Positions 9,646 to 20,398 of a DNA stretch of 64,000 nucleotides are shown piece after piece. Where the stretch lies: contig JADJDV010000001.1 in the NCBI GenBank assembly GCA_016702555.1, positions 74,786-138,785 on the forward strand, read 5' to 3'. The notes beneath the pieces are model-generated. The model saw only the letters and a list, made by a program, of their open reading frames with translations, had not been told where the DNA came from and did no database searches. Positions within the stretch are counted from its first letter, which is position 1, and every line of letters begins with the position of its first letter. Position numbers and translations under genes: made by a program. The DNA is from Burkholderiales bacterium. GTDB taxonomy: Bacteria > Pseudomonadota > Gammaproteobacteria > Burkholderiales > Burkholderiaceae_C.

Positions 9646-10929
9646 TCAGCGCTGGGCCACCACGCCGCAGGGGCCAGGGCCGGCCGCCGTGGGCGCCCAG
9701 GGCAGCGGCGCCGTGCCGGCGCGCGCGGCAGCCGGCGCCGACGCCGCACGGGCGCTTGACGCCACACCGTCCGGCGCGCCATGGGCGGGTGCGGCAGGCG
9801 CGGGGGTCGGCGCCTCGGCCAGCCGCACCGCCGTGCCGTCGCGCTGAATACGCTGCTGCCCGGCGGTGACGATGCGCTCGCCCTCGGCCAGACCGCGCAG
9901 GATCTCGACCTGCCCGGCCAAGCGCGTGCCGGTGGCCACGTCCATGCGCTGCGTCGTCCAGGTGGGTTTGTCATCGCCACCCGCGCCGCGCAGCAGGCGG
10001 ATCACCGTCTGCCGCCCGCCCTGCGACACGATGGCCTCTTCGGGAATCATCAACGCCTGCCGGTCGTCGCCCAGGCGCGTGCCCACGCGCGCGAACATGC
10101 CGGGGCGCAGTTGCTGCAGGCGGTTGTCGATGCAGCCGCGCACGCTGAGCGAACGGCCGTTGGCGTCGATCAGCGGATCGACCGCCTGCACCACGGCGGC
10201 AAAGGCGCGGTCGGGCAAGGCCTCGACCCGCACGCGCGCCGTCTGGCCGGGGCGCACGCGTGACTGCAGGCGCTCGGGCAGGCGGAAGTCCACGTACATC
10301 GCGTTCATGTCTTCCAGGTTGACGATGTCCGAGCCTTCCTTCAGGTAGTCGCCCACGCTGATGTTGCGCAGGCCCGCGACGCCATCGAACGGCGCCAGCA
10401 CGCGCAGGCGGGCGGCGGTGGCGCGCGCCAGCTCGGCCTTGGCCTGCGCCACCTGGACGGCGGCCGCGCTTTCATCGACGCCGCGCTGGCTGATGAAGCC
10501 CTGCGCCACCAGATCGCTGTTGCGCTTGTGGTTGGCCTGGGCGATCGACAGCTCGGCCTGCGCCTGCTGGATCTGCGCCTGCTGCAAGCGGTCGTCCAGC
10601 TGCACCAGCAACTGGCCGCGGCGGATGCGCTGGCCATCGCGGAAGTTGATCTGTGTGATGCGCCCGCCGACCTCGGCGCGCACCACCGTGCCCTGGCGCG
10701 AGCGCAGCGAGCCGACGGCTTCGACGTCTTCGCGCAGTGGCTGCAGGCGCACCAGCGACGACTCGACCACCACCGGCGCGCCGCCACTGCCCGCCGCATT
10801 CGCGGGCGCGCTGGCCGCGCGCGGCGGCGGCGCGTCCGGTGTGGCCGGCTTCGGTCGCTGCCACCACCAGGCGACGCCGATCGCCCCCGCCAGCGCGAGA
10901 ACGGCAACAAGAGAGGTGGTCGACTTCAA
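9646..10929 (-). CDS. RND periplasmic adaptor (membrane fusion protein)
   Basis: N-terminal anchor, lipoyl/hairpin motifs (GGRITQINFRDGQ, VLAPFDG). Probable TTG start at 10929. Confidence 0.9.
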   Translation of the reverse strand: MKSTTSLVAVLALAGAIGVAWWWQRPKPATPDAPPPRAASAPANAAGSGGAPVVVESSLVRLQPLREDVEAVGSLRSRQGTVVRAEVGGRITQINFRDGQRIRRGQLLVQLDDRLQQAQIQQAQAELSIAQANHKRNSDLVAQGFISQRGVDESAAAVQVAQAKAELARATAARLRVLAPFDGVAGLRNISVGDYLKEGSDIVNLEDMNAMYVDFRLPERLQSRVRPGQTARVRVEALPDRAFAAVVQAVDPLIDANGRSLSVRGCIDNRLQQLRPGMFARVGTRLGDDRQALMIPEEAIVSQGGRQTVIRLLRGAGGDDKPTWTTQRMDVATGTRLAGQVEILRGLAEGERIVTAGQQRIQRDGTAVRLAEAPTPAPAAPAHGAPDGVASSARAASAPAAARAGTAPLPWAPTAAGPGPCGVVAQR

Positions 10930-11039
10930 GATGCGCTTGCGGAAACAGCAGGCGCCACCGCGGCGCCGATCAGGGCACAAAATGTAGCATCGCAGCGGCC
11001 TGCGCGCCTGGGGTCGAACCCGGCCTGCGCGCCTGCATC

Positions 11040-11477
11040 TCAGGCTTTGGGCACGCCCCGATTGGCCAATTCATCGGCGCGCTCGTTGCCCTCGTGCCCC
11101 GCATGGCCGCGCACCCAGTGCCAGTGAATGCGGTGGCCGCTGCCCTGCACCAGCGCGTCGAGCTTTTGCCACAAATCGACGTTCTTCACCGGCTGTTTGC
11201 TGGCGGTGCGCCAGCCCTTGGCCTTCCAGCCGGCGATCCACTCGGTGATGCCCTGGCGCACGTACTGGCTGTCCAGGTAAAGATCCACCTCGCATGGCCG
11301 CTTCAGCGCCAGCAGGCCCTCGATCACCGCCGTCAGCTCCATGCGGTTGTTGGTGGTCAGCGGCTCGCCGCCGAACAGCTCCTTCTCGTGCCCCGGCGCG
11401 CGCAGCAGCACGCCCCAGCCGCCAGGACCGGGGTTGCCCTTGCAGGCGCCGTCGGTGAACATCTCAACTCGATTCAA
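11040..11477 (-). CDS. rnhA: Ribonuclease HI
   Basis: [45 protein letters not shown] start inferred. Confidence 0.95.
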   Translation of the reverse strand: MNRVEMFTDGACKGNPGPGGWGVLLRAPGHEKELFGGEPLTTNNRMELTAVIEGLLALKRPCEVDLYLDSQYVRQGITEWIAGWKAKGWRTASKQPVKNVDLWQKLDALVQGSGHRIHWHWVRGHAGHEGNERADELANRGVPKA

Positions 11478-12269
11478 GATCTTTATCCGTGTGGGTATTG
11501 GCCAGCCCCGCGCGGCCAGCGATTGAAACCGGTGCGTTGGCCCGCACCGGCGCGGTCTTCCAGGCCGCGCCGACCAGCTTGGCGCCGTGCGTGCGCTTGA
11601 CCGCGACCACCACATAGGCGGCGCCGAAGATCGGCCACCAGCGCGCGCCCACGCGGTCCATCCAGCGAAAGCGCGCCAGGCTGCGCTCGCTGCGCACCGC
11701 CGGACGCCAGCAGCCGAAGTCGATCGACTCCAGTTCGAACTCAAGCAGACGCAGCCAGTCGCGCAGCCGCCAGTGGCCGATGAACTCGCCCGCGTCGGGC
11801 AGGTAGAGCCGCCCGCGCCCGAAGCGCCGCCATTGGCGTGCGCGCCACTGGCGCAGACCCCACAGGCTGGCCGGGTTCAGGCCAGCGATGACCACCCGCC
11901 CCTCGTGCACCAGCACGCGTTGCACCTCGCGCAGCGTGGCGTGCGGATCGGGGCTCAGCTCCAGCGTGTGCGGCAGCACCACCAGGTCCAGGCTGGCTTC
12001 GGAAAACGGCAGCGCCGCGCTGTCGGTGACCAGCGCCATGCGTTCGTGGGCCGGCGGCGACACAGCGTCGGTGGCGGTGCCAGCGGCGCGGTGGTGGCCA
12101 GCCAGCGGTGCGGCATGCGGTTGGCCGCCAACGCATCGACGTCAGGCAAGCCGAGCTGCAAGGCGTGGTAGCCGAACACGTCGGCCAGGGCGGCGTCGAA
12201 GCGGGCGCGCTCCCAGTCCAGCAGATAGCGGCCGGGCGGTGTCTGGAACCAGTCGTGCAAGCCGGTCAC
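11464..12269 (-). pseudogene. Class I SAM-dependent methyltransferase (YafS-like), frameshifted
   Basis: N-half (LHDWFQTPPGRYLLDWE...NRMPHRW) and C-half (LPFSEASLDLVVLPHTLE...) are in different frames; shift near 12070-12085. Usual position between rnhA and gloB. Confidence 0.8.
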
Positions 12270-12270
12270 G

Positions 12271-12374
12271 ATCCCCCCTGAGGCGCTGACGCGCCTTCCC
12301 CCCAGCAGGGGGACAACGCTGGTGGCCGGTGGAGATGAGGCCACGGCGTTTCGCGGATGGCCTGCTCCGCGGCC
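12271..12374 (-). repeat. Dispersed ~105-115 bp intergenic palindromic repeat, copy 1
   Basis: Reverse complement aligns with 17305-17418 (GGCCGCGnAGCAGGCCAT...AACGCCG...GCGTTGTCCCCCT...CTCAGGGGG). Confidence 0.75.
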
Positions 12375-12506
12375 TTCTGAAAGGGCTTGCTGCGCAGCCC
12401 TCGGGAAAGTTCGGCGGGACGGAAGGTGCTATCCCTCGTCGGTCGGGATGTAAAGATGGGTTCCACGGGCGGCGGCAGTTGCATCGCTTTCTATAATTCC
12501 CGACTC

Positions 12507-13280
12507 ATGGAGTTGATTGCACTGCCCGCCTTCGAGGACAACTACTTCTGGTTGTTGCACGACGGCCAAGAAGCCCTGGTGGTGGACCCCGGCGATGCCG
12601 CGCCGGTGACCGAGGCGCTGCGCCGGCACGGCCTCAGGCTGACGAGCATTCTAGTCACGCACCACCACGGCGACCACACCGGCGGCGTGACCGAGTTGCG
12701 CGGCGCCACCGGCGCGCAGGTGTTCGGGCCGGCGCGCGAGCGCATTCCCCCGCCCTTCACGCCGCTGCACGGCGGCGACACGGTGCGGGCGCTCGGCATC
12801 ACCTTCCGCGTGATCGACGTGCCCGGCCACACGGCCGGCCACATTGCCTACTTCGCCGACGCGGTGGACGGCGCGCCGCTGCTGTTTTGCGGCGACACGC
12901 TGTTCTCGGGCGGCTGCGGGCGCATCTTCGAGGGCACGCCGGCGCAGATGCTGGCCTCGCTCGACACCTTGGCGGCGCTGCCGGCCGACACCCGGGTGGG
13001 CTGCGCGCACGAGTACACGCTCTCCAACCTGCGCTTCGCGCGCGCCGTCGAACCCGGCAACACCGCGCTGGCGCAATACCAGCAACACTGCCAGGCGCTG
13101 CGCGAGGCCGGCACGCCGACGCTGCCCACCACCATCGGCACCGAGCGCGCCATCAACCCCTTTCTCCGCAGCCGCGAGCGCGCCGTCACGCAGGCCGTGC
13201 GCACGCACGCGGCCCTTGCCACCGACGACGACGTGGCGGTGTTCGCCGCCCTGCGTCAATGGAAGAACGAATTCCGATGA
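12507..13280 (+). CDS. gloB: Hydroxyacylglutathione hydrolase (glyoxalase II)
   Basis: [36 protein letters not shown]. Confidence 0.95.
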   Translation: MELIALPAFEDNYFWLLHDGQEALVVDPGDAAPVTEALRRHGLRLTSILVTHHHGDHTGGVTELRGATGAQVFGPARERIPPPFTPLHGGDTVRALGITFRVIDVPGHTAGHIAYFADAVDGAPLLFCGDTLFSGGCGRIFEGTPAQMLASLDTLAALPADTRVGCAHEYTLSNLRFARAVEPGNTALAQYQQHCQALREAGTPTLPTTIGTERAINPFLRSRERAVTQAVRTHAALATDDDVAVFAALRQWKNEFR

Positions 13281-14905
13281 GATGGTTTTCCCTGCTGGCG
13301 CTGGCCGCCAGCGTCTGGGTCGCCGGCTGTGCCGCGCCCGGCACCGCCCCCTCCACCGACAGCCCGCAGGGCACCGCCAGCGCCACCGGCGCGCCGGTGC
13401 GCGCCGCGCCCTACACCGGCGACATGCCACCGCTGACGATGACCGAGCTGCGCACCTCGGCGGTGGCACCGCTCGATGCGCCAGCCGACCTGTGGGACCG
13501 CATCCGACGCGGCTTCAGCATGCGCGAACTGGACGGCGAACTGGTCACGCGCCATGAGCAGTGGTACGTCAGCCGGCCCGACTACATCGAGCGCATGGTC
13601 GATCGCTCGCGCATGTACATCTTCCACATCGTCGAGGAACTGGAGCTGCGCGGCATGCCGACCGAGCTGGCGCTGCTGCCCTACATCGAATCGGCGTTCA
13701 ACCCGCAGGCCGTCAGCAGCGCCAAGGCGGCCGGCATGTGGCAATTCATGCCCGGCACGGGGCGCGACTTCCGGCTGACGCAGAACGTGCTGCGCGACGA
13801 CCGCCGCGACGTGCTCGACTCGACCCGCGCCGCGCTCGACTACCTGCAGAAGCTGCACGACATGTTCGGCGACTGGCACCTGGCACTGGCCGCCTACAAC
13901 TGGGGCCAGGGCAACGTCAAGCGCGCCATCGACCGCAACCAGGCCGCGGGCCTGGGCACCGGCTACCTCGACCTGAGCATGCCGGCCGAGACGCGCAACT
14001 ACGTGCCCAAGCTGCAGGCCGTCAAGAACATCATCGCCAGTCCGCAGGCCCACGGCGCGGTGCTGCCGCTGATCGAGAACCACCCGTTCTTCGACACCGT
14101 CGACATCACGCACGACATCGACATCGACATCGCGGCGCGCCTGGCCGAGGTGCGGCTGGAGGACTTTCGCGCGCTCAACCCGGCGCAGCGCAAGCCGGTG
14201 ATCTTCGCCGCCGGCACGCCGCAGGTGCTGCTGCCCTGGAACAACGCCGACATCTTCAAGCGCAACCTGGCCAAGGCCGCGCCGGGTTCGCTGTCCTCCT
14301 GGACGGCCTGGGTGGCGCCGCAGGCCCTGCCCTCGCGCGAGGTCGCCAGCCGCTTCGGCATGGACGAGGACGATTTCCGCGAGATCAACAACGTGCCGCG
14401 CGGCATGGTGATCAAGAGCGGCTCCACCGTGCTGGTGCGGCGCGGCAACGGCGCCACCACGCAGGTCGCCAGCCACGTCGTGAACAACGCGCAGCTGGCC
14501 TACACGCCTGAGATCGTGCTGCGCCGCACCACGGTGCGGGCGCGCCGCGGCGACTCGATCGCCAGCGTGGCCGCGCGCTACGATCTGCCGGCCGCCACCG
14601 TGGCGGGCTGGAACCACACCGGCGCCCGCGCCGGCCTGAAGCGCGGCCAGGCGGTGGTGCTGTTCCTGCCGGTGCGCGCCGCCGCCGCCGCCGCGCGCGA
14701 TGGCGTGGCCGCCAGCCAGCGCGCGGCGCGCGCCCATGCCGCCCCGGCCACACGGTCGTCGGCCAAGGCGCCGGCACGCGCCGCCGCCAAAAGCAGCGGC
14801 AAGTCCAGAAGCCCCGCGCAAGCCGCCGCCAAGCGGGCGACCGCCGCGCCCAAGGCCGGCAGCCGCGCGGCACCAGCCAAGGGCAAGGCCACGAAGCGCC
14901 GCTGA
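13277..14905 (+). CDS. mltD: Membrane-bound lytic murein transglycosylase D with LysM and Ala/Lys-rich tail
   Basis: Lipoprotein signal (VAGC), SLT motifs [26 protein letters not shown] overlap with gloB. Confidence 0.92.
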   Translation: MRWFSLLALAASVWVAGCAAPGTAPSTDSPQGTASATGAPVRAAPYTGDMPPLTMTELRTSAVAPLDAPADLWDRIRRGFSMRELDGELVTRHEQWYVSRPDYIERMVDRSRMYIFHIVEELELRGMPTELALLPYIESAFNPQAVSSAKAAGMWQFMPGTGRDFRLTQNVLRDDRRDVLDSTRAALDYLQKLHDMFGDWHLALAAYNWGQGNVKRAIDRNQAAGLGTGYLDLSMPAETRNYVPKLQAVKNIIASPQAHGAVLPLIENHPFFDTVDITHDIDIDIAARLAEVRLEDFRALNPAQRKPVIFAAGTPQVLLPWNNADIFKRNLAKAAPGSLSSWTAWVAPQALPSREVASRFGMDEDDFREINNVPRGMVIKSGSTVLVRRGNGATTQVASHVVNNAQLAYTPEIVLRRTTVRARRGDSIASVAARYDLPAATVAGWNHTGARAGLKRGQAVVLFLPVRAAAAAARDGVAASQRAARAHAAPATRSSAKAPARAAAKSSGKSRSPAQAAAKRATAAPKAGSRAAPAKGKATKRR

Positions 14906-14927
14906 AGCGCGCCGGCATCGATGTGGC

Positions 14928-16004
14928 TCAGCCGAGCCGCGTCACCGCCGCGAACAGCCCCGCCTGATAGCGCTGACGGGCGCGGCGCACGAAATCGTTG
15001 GTGTAGGTGGCGCCCGGCGCCGCCGCGCGCACCGCCAACGGGCCGGAATCGAAGCGCGCCACCACGCGGTGCGCCGTGGCCACGCCCTCCTCGCTCACCA
15101 GGCCATCGGGCGAGAACGCCTCGCGCGCCTTGTCCAGCGCCGCCAGGTAGATCGCGCGGTCGCCATACATGTAGGCCTCCGGCACGGCGCGCACGATGTC
15201 GCTCGGACCGGCGGTCTGCAGCCACTTGAGCGAGCGCACCACGGCGTTGGTCAGCGCCTGCACCGTGCCCGGATAGCGCAGCACGAAGTCCTGCCGCGCG
15301 TACAGGCAACTGCCCGGCATTGGCCCGCCGTAGAAGTCCTGCGTGCCGCGCAGCGAGCGCGTGTCGGCCAGCACCCGCAGCTCGCCGCGAAACTCCAGCA
15401 GGCTGATCACCGGGTCGATGTTGGCGATGGCGTCGATGCGGCCCTCGCGCAGCGCCAGCACCGCCGCCGTGGTGTTGCCGACGCTGACGAACTCGACCTC
15501 GCCCGCGCCCACCCCGCCGCGCGCCAGCAGCGCGCGCGCGAACCAGTGGGTGATCGACTCCGCCGCCGAGATGCCGATGCGTCGCCCCTTCAGCTGCGCG
15601 ATCTCGCGAAAACCCGGCAGACTGCGCGTGCCGACACCGAACACCAGTTGCGGCGCACGCCCCAGAAACACGAAGGCGCGGCAACTCAGGCCGCGCTGGC
15701 GCAGCAGGATGCTGTGCTCGAAGCCCCCCGCCGCCACCTCGGCCTGACCCTGCACCATCGACTGCTGAGCCAGCGCGCCGCCGGCGTGGTCCTGCAACTC
15801 CACCTCCAGGCCCTCGGCCTTGAAATAGCCGAGCTGCTCGGCCAGCGTGAGCGGCAGGTAGTTGAGCGCCGTCTTGCCGCCCAGCGCCAGCTGCAGCCGG
15901 GGCCGCTCAGGCGCCCCCTGCGCCCGCGCCAGTGCGACCAGGCCCAGGGCGGCCGGCAAACCGGCCAGCAGACGGCGGCGCGACAGGCGCGGGACAGATT
16001 CCAA
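14928..16004 (-). CDS. ABC transporter substrate-binding protein (NitT/TauT family)
   Basis: Tat-like SRRRLL signal, YLPLTLAEQLGYFKAEGL, LKGRRIGIS. Start uncertain. Confidence 0.85.
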   Translation of the reverse strand: MESVPRLSRRRLLAGLPAALGLVALARAQGAPERPRLQLALGGKTALNYLPLTLAEQLGYFKAEGLEVELQDHAGGALAQQSMVQGQAEVAAGGFEHSILLRQRGLSCRAFVFLGRAPQLVFGVGTRSLPGFREIAQLKGRRIGISAAESITHWFARALLARGGVGAGEVEFVSVGNTTAAVLALREGRIDAIANIDPVISLLEFRGELRVLADTRSLRGTQDFYGGPMPGSCLYARQDFVLRYPGTVQALTNAVVRSLKWLQTAGPSDIVRAVPEAYMYGDRAIYLAALDKAREAFSPDGLVSEEGVATAHRVVARFDSGPLAVRAAAPGATYTNDFVRRARQRYQAGLFAAVTRLG

Positions 16005-16196
16005 GGCTACGGACACGGCGGTGCGGGTATGAACACAAACACAGCCGACGGTAGCCGAGCGCGGCGCCGACCGCATCGGGACGTGCCCGCATGGGGTTTG
16101 TCATTATGTGCATTGGTGCATAAGCAGCACCTGATGCCAGCGCATCACAAGACGTTACCCATTGGCCTCGCACGGTAGCCGGCGCGACAGGCGATT

Positions 16197-16622
16197 TCAG
16201 CGCCAACCCAGCAGCAGGATCGCGACGTTCAGCGCGAAGGCCAGCGCCCAGACCAGACTGCGCAGCGTCGACAGATTGCCCACGTAGGCGCCGATGAAGA
16301 CCAGCCGGCACAGCACCCACAGCAGCGCCAGCATGTCCAGCCGCGCCGTGGGCGCGCCCAGTTGCAGCGCCACCAACACGGCGCCGATGAAGAAGGGCAG
16401 CGCCTCGAAGCTGTTGGCCTGCGCCGCGTTGGCGCGGGCGCGCCAGGCGGTCTGGCGCGCCAGCCAGGCGCGCGGATCGGCGTTGTCGTAGCCGCCCTCG
16501 CGGCGCGGGATGCGAAAGCTGCCCCACTTGGCGATGTAGGCGCACAGCAGCGGCAGCACGGCGGCCGCCAGGATGCACCAGTGGGCGATGCCGAACACGG
16601 GCGCGGGGATGGAAGCGGTCAT
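16197..16622 (-). CDS. MAPEG family membrane protein
   Basis: RANAAQANSFEALPFF motif, 4 TM segments. Confidence 0.88.
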   Translation of the reverse strand: MTASIPAPVFGIAHWCILAAAVLPLLCAYIAKWGSFRIPRREGGYDNADPRAWLARQTAWRARANAAQANSFEALPFFIGAVLVALQLGAPTARLDMLALLWVLCRLVFIGAYVGNLSTLRSLVWALAFALNVAILLLGWR

Positions 16623-16676
16623 GACGAATTCCTTGTCTGCCAGGATGCGCACCGAAGAGCTCGGTACGGGTGGGCT

Positions 16677-17267
16677 TCAGCGCCGGTCGACCAGCGCGTG
16701 GGCAATGGTGCCCAGATCGACGTATTCCAGCTCGCTGCCCGCCGGTACGCCGCGCGCCAGGCGCGTCACGTTCAGGCCACGGCTTTTCAGCGCCTGACCG
16801 ATCACGTGGGCCGTGGCCTCGCCCTCGGCGGTGAAGTTGGTGGCCAGGATCACCTCCTGCACCACGCCGTCGCTGGCGCGCTCGATCAGCCGGGCCACCC
16901 CGATGTCGCGCGGGCCGACGCCGTCGAGCGGGCTCAAGCGGCCCATCAGCACGAAGTAGCGGCCATTGAATGCCGCCGTGCGCTCCAGCGCCGCCTGGTC
17001 GGCCGGCGTCTCGACCACGCACAGCTTGCTGGCGTCGCGGCGCGGGTCGCGGCAAGTGGTGCAGAGCTCATCCTCGGTGAAGGTGTGGCACTGCGTGCAA
17101 TGGCGCACCCGCGCCACCGCCTCCTGCAACGAGCGCGCCAGCACCTGCGCGCCTTCGCGGTCGTGTTGCAGCAGGTGGAAGGCCATGCGCTGCGCCGAAC
17201 GCACGCCCACCCCCGGCAGGCGCCGCAGCGACTGGATCAGGGTGTCGAGGGCATGTGCATTGACCAT
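16677..17267 (-). CDS. recR: Recombination mediator RecR
   Basis: [18 protein letters not shown]4 zinc finger, Toprim domain. Confidence 0.97.
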   Translation of the reverse strand: MVNAHALDTLIQSLRRLPGVGVRSAQRMAFHLLQHDREGAQVLARSLQEAVARVRHCTQCHTFTEDELCTTCRDPRRDASKLCVVETPADQAALERTAAFNGRYFVLMGRLSPLDGVGPRDIGVARLIERASDGVVQEVILATNFTAEGEATAHVIGQALKSRGLNVTRLARGVPAGSELEYVDLGTIAHALVDRR

Positions 17268-17304
17268 CGGAGATGAACTGCTGCTCAGTGTCAGGAAATC
17301 AAGC

Positions 17305-17418
17305 GGCCGCGAAGCAGGCCATACCAGTGAACGCCGCGGACGGACCTGCGCCGGCCGCTGGCGTTGTCCCCCTTCCCGCAGAGAGAAGGGGCAAGCGGCA
17401 TCAGCCGCTCAGGGGGAT
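17305..17418 (+). repeat. Dispersed intergenic palindromic repeat, copy 2
   Basis: Similar to 12271-12374; lies between ybaB and recR. Confidence 0.75.
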
Positions 17419-17424
17419 GCTTTT

Positions 17425-17760
17425 TTAAAACGGGAACTTCATCCCCGGCGGCAGCCCCGGCATGCCGGCCGGCATCAGCTTGCCCATCTTCTCGGCCGAC
17501 AGCTCCTCGGCCTTGCGCACGGCGGCGTTGAAGGCGGCGGCGACCAGATCCTCCAGCATGTCCTTGTCGTCCTCCAGCAGGCTGGGGTCGATGGTGACGC
17601 GCTTGACGTCGTGCTTGGCGGTCATCAGCACCTTGACCAGGCCGGCGCCGGATTCGCCCTCGACTTCCAGCAGCGCCAGTTCGTCCTGCGCCTTCTTCAG
17701 GTTGTCCTGCATGGCCTGGGCCTGTTTCATCAGGCCGGCGAGTTGTCCTTTGTTGAACAT
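17425..17760 (-). CDS. ybaB: YbaB/EbfC nucleoid-associated protein
   Basis: [18 protein letters not shown]...[12 protein letters not shown]; sits between dnaX and recR. Confidence 0.95.
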   Translation of the reverse strand: MFNKGQLAGLMKQAQAMQDNLKKAQDELALLEVEGESGAGLVKVLMTAKHDVKRVTIDPSLLEDDKDMLEDLVAAAFNAAVRKAEELSAEKMGKLMPAGMPGLPPGMKFPF

Positions 17761-17789
17761 CGGTTTCCTTCTTTCAAGGTTTCACGGCA

Positions 17790-19733
17790 TCAAAGTGGCT
17801 TGATGCTCCCGGGCACGATTTTCGCCCCAAAGTCGCGCATCATCTCCTGCACGAAGGGGTCGGCCGCCAGCAGCGCCTCGGCGGCCTTCAGGCGCTGGTC
17901 GGCGGCGATGCGGTTGCGGCGCGCCGGGCTGTCGACCACGGCGCCGATCTCGACCTGCAGCCGCACGGCATAACCCACATCAGCCAGCGCGGCCTGCAGG
18001 CGATCGCGCGCGGCCGACTGGCCCAGCGACTCGTTTTCCACCCGCAGCGTCCAGCGGCCCTCGTGGCGCGCCACCAGCTGCGATTGCAGCGCCAGCTCGC
18101 GCACCAGCGCGGTCACGGCCTCGCGCGCCACCAGTTCCTGCACCAGCGCGTGCCAGAAGTCGCCCTCGGCGCTGGCCGGCGGCGTGGCGACTTCGGCCAG
18201 CACGCGGCGCGCGGGCGCGGGTTCTGCGGCGGCCTCGCGCACCTTGACCGCCAGCACCTCGGGCGCCGGCATCGGGTCGGGATCGCGGGCCGCTGCCGGC
18301 ACCCGCACCGCCTCACGCACCGCCACGGCCTGCACCGGCACCCGCGGCGGCGCGGCGGGCCGCGCAGGAGCGCCCTCCTCGTGCTCGTCCGGCGGCGGCT
18401 CGCCGGCCGCCACGGCATCAGGCGGCGCAAAGCCGGCGGCGTCAAAATCCTCGGCAGCGACTGCGTCAATCGTGGGCGGCGCCAAGCTCATGGCCACCGG
18501 CGCTGAAGGTGGCGTGGGTGGATCGACCACCGCCTCTGCCGGTGGCCCGCTGGCGAGCGCCTCGGCAGGCCCGGAGCGCGCCGGCTCAGCGTTTTTCAGA
18601 GTTTTTTTTTCCGCCGCGTCGGTGCCCGCCACACTCTGCTTGAACGGCAGCAGGCGCAGCAGCACCATGGTCAGGCCGGCGTATTCGTCCGGCGCCAGGC
18701 CCAGCTCGGCGCGCCCGTGGATGCACAGGCTGTACAGCAACTGCGTCTCGTCGGCCGGCAGCAGCGCCGCCAGGCGCGCGGTGTCCTGCGCCTCCGGATC
18801 GGTGTCGTCCACCGCCCTGTCCGGCACCGCCTGATGCACCGCCATGCGCTGCAGCACGCTGGCCATGTCCTCCAGTGTGGTCGCGGCCGACTGGCCGGTG
18901 GTGCGCAGCTGCTCGGACAGCGCCACCACCGCCCGGCCATCGCCCGCGGTGAGCGCCTCGATCAGGCTGAACACCACACCACGATCGACGCTGCCCAGCA
19001 TCTGGCGCAGCGCTGCCTCCTCGATCCGGCCGGAGCCAAAGGCGATCGCCTGGTCGGTCAGCGACAGCGCATCGCGCATCGAGCCGCGCGCCGCCCGCGC
19101 CAGCAGGCGCAGCGCCTGCGGCTCGGCCGGCACCTGCTCGGACGCCAGCACGCGCGCCAGGTGCTCCAGCACCACCTCGGGCGCCATCGGCCGCAGGTTG
19201 AACTGCAGGCAGCGGCTGAGCACCGTCACCGGCACCTTCTGCGGGTCGGTGGTGGCCAGCACGAACTTGAGGTGCTCGGGCGGCTCCTCCAGCGTCTTCA
19301 GCATGGCGTTGAAGGCGTGGTTCGACAGCATGTGCACTTCGTCGATCATGAAGACCTTGAAGCGCCCCTGCACCGGCTTGTAGACCGCCTGCTCCAGCAG
19401 GCTCTGCACTTCATCGACGCCGCGGTTGCTGGCGGCATCGAGCTCGGTGTAGTCGACGAAGCGGCCGGCGTCGATCTCGCTGCACGCCGGGCACACGCCG
19501 CAGGGCGTGGCGGTGATGCCGCCCTGCCCGTCGGCGCCGGTGCAGTTGAGCGACTTGGCCAGGATGCGCGCCACCGTGGTCTTGCCCACCCCGCGCGTGC
19601 CGGTGAACAGATAGGCGTGGTGCAGCCGCTGCTGCGTCAGCGCGTTGGTCAATGCCTGCACCACGTGCTCCTGGCCCACCATCTCGGTGAAATTGCGCGG
19701 ACGGTATTTGCGGGCCAGCACCAGATAGGACAT
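17790..19733 (-). CDS. dnaX: DNA polymerase III subunit gamma/tau
   Basis: MSYLVLARKYRP, GTRGVGKTT, DEVHML, tau C-terminal domain. Confidence 0.97.
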   Translation of the reverse strand: MSYLVLARKYRPRNFTEMVGQEHVVQALTNALTQQRLHHAYLFTGTRGVGKTTVARILAKSLNCTGADGQGGITATPCGVCPACSEIDAGRFVDYTELDAASNRGVDEVQSLLEQAVYKPVQGRFKVFMIDEVHMLSNHAFNAMLKTLEEPPEHLKFVLATTDPQKVPVTVLSRCLQFNLRPMAPEVVLEHLARVLASEQVPAEPQALRLLARAARGSMRDALSLTDQAIAFGSGRIEEAALRQMLGSVDRGVVFSLIEALTAGDGRAVVALSEQLRTTGQSAATTLEDMASVLQRMAVHQAVPDRAVDDTDPEAQDTARLAALLPADETQLLYSLCIHGRAELGLAPDEYAGLTMVLLRLLPFKQSVAGTDAAEKKTLKNAEPARSGPAEALASGPPAEAVVDPPTPPSAPVAMSLAPPTIDAVAAEDFDAAGFAPPDAVAAGEPPPDEHEEGAPARPAAPPRVPVQAVAVREAVRVPAAARDPDPMPAPEVLAVKVREAAAEPAPARRVLAEVATPPASAEGDFWHALVQELVAREAVTALVRELALQSQLVARHEGRWTLRVENESLGQSAARDRLQAALADVGYAVRLQVEIGAVVDSPARRNRIAADQRLKAAEALLAADPFVQEMMRDFGAKIVPGSIKPL

Positions 19734-19911
19734 GGCCCGGATTCTACGAGGCGCCATCGGCGCGGCCGGATTTAGAGGATGCACTCGGAAACCGATGCTT
19801 TCCGGCCACGCCGACGCCCCGCACAGGCAGAAACCGGCTATGCTGCATTGCAACATCCGTGATCCGGTGACATCGCGCACGGCGATCGACACCGGGCCGC
19901 GGCTCCATCGC

Positions 19912-20163
19912 ATGACGCCTGACTTCGACGATCTGGACCTGTCCGCTCTCGACGCCGCTGCGGCCGACGCCGACCCGCGCGCGGTGGCGCTGACGCGCAC
20001 CCTGTCGGACTGCTGCCACCCGCGCGCCGAGCGCCTGATCGTGCGCCTGCTCGACTGCCGCGACGACGACCAACTGGCGCTGCTGCGCGGCGAGGTGCTG
20101 AACCTGCTGGCACTCAGCTTCGGTCTCCGTGAGGCGCTGCGCCGCCTGCAGGCACTACAATAG
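19912..20163 (+). CDS. Small hypothetical protein
   Basis: 83 aa with host-like codon usage, between dnaX and ffs. Confidence 0.6.
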   Translation: MTPDFDDLDLSALDAAAADADPRAVALTRTLSDCCHPRAERLIVRLLDCRDDDQLALLRGEVLNLLALSFGLREALRRLQALQ

Positions 20164-20168
20164 CCCCC

Positions 20169-20262
20169 GACGGGCCTTCCCGCATGGTGAAGGAGCCAAC
20201 CGGGTCAGGTGGGGAACCAAGCAGCCCTAACTTTGGAGTCAGTGCCGGGGTCAAGGCTCGTC
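20169..20262 (+). ncRNA. ffs: Signal recognition particle RNA (4.5S)
   Basis: Terminal pairing GACGGGCC/GGCTCGTC and the conserved TCAGGT-GG-GGAA-CC-AAGCAGC domain IV; usual position next to dnaX. Confidence 0.92.
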
Positions 20263-20275
20263 AACTTCATCCAAA

Positions 20276-20317
20276 AATCCCTTGATAGAACAACAACATA
20301 AGCAAAATCAAGGGGTT
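20276..20317. repeat. AT-rich inverted repeat AATCCCTTGAT / ATCAAGGGGTT at island junction
   Basis: 11-bp arms with 1 mismatch, just 3' of ffs where composition changes. Confidence 0.6.
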
Positions 20318-20398
20318 ACACGCTCAAACTGTATCACTTGGCTGTGTCACTTGCGCCACGAAAGTCGGGCCCCAAAAGGCCCGTCCAAGGAAGGCGAA

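Noticed and set aside
16105-16145. Possible NtrC/sigma-54 site upstream of the ABC SBP gene
   Set aside because: The TGCACCA half-site is incomplete and the GG-N10-GC spacing does not fit.
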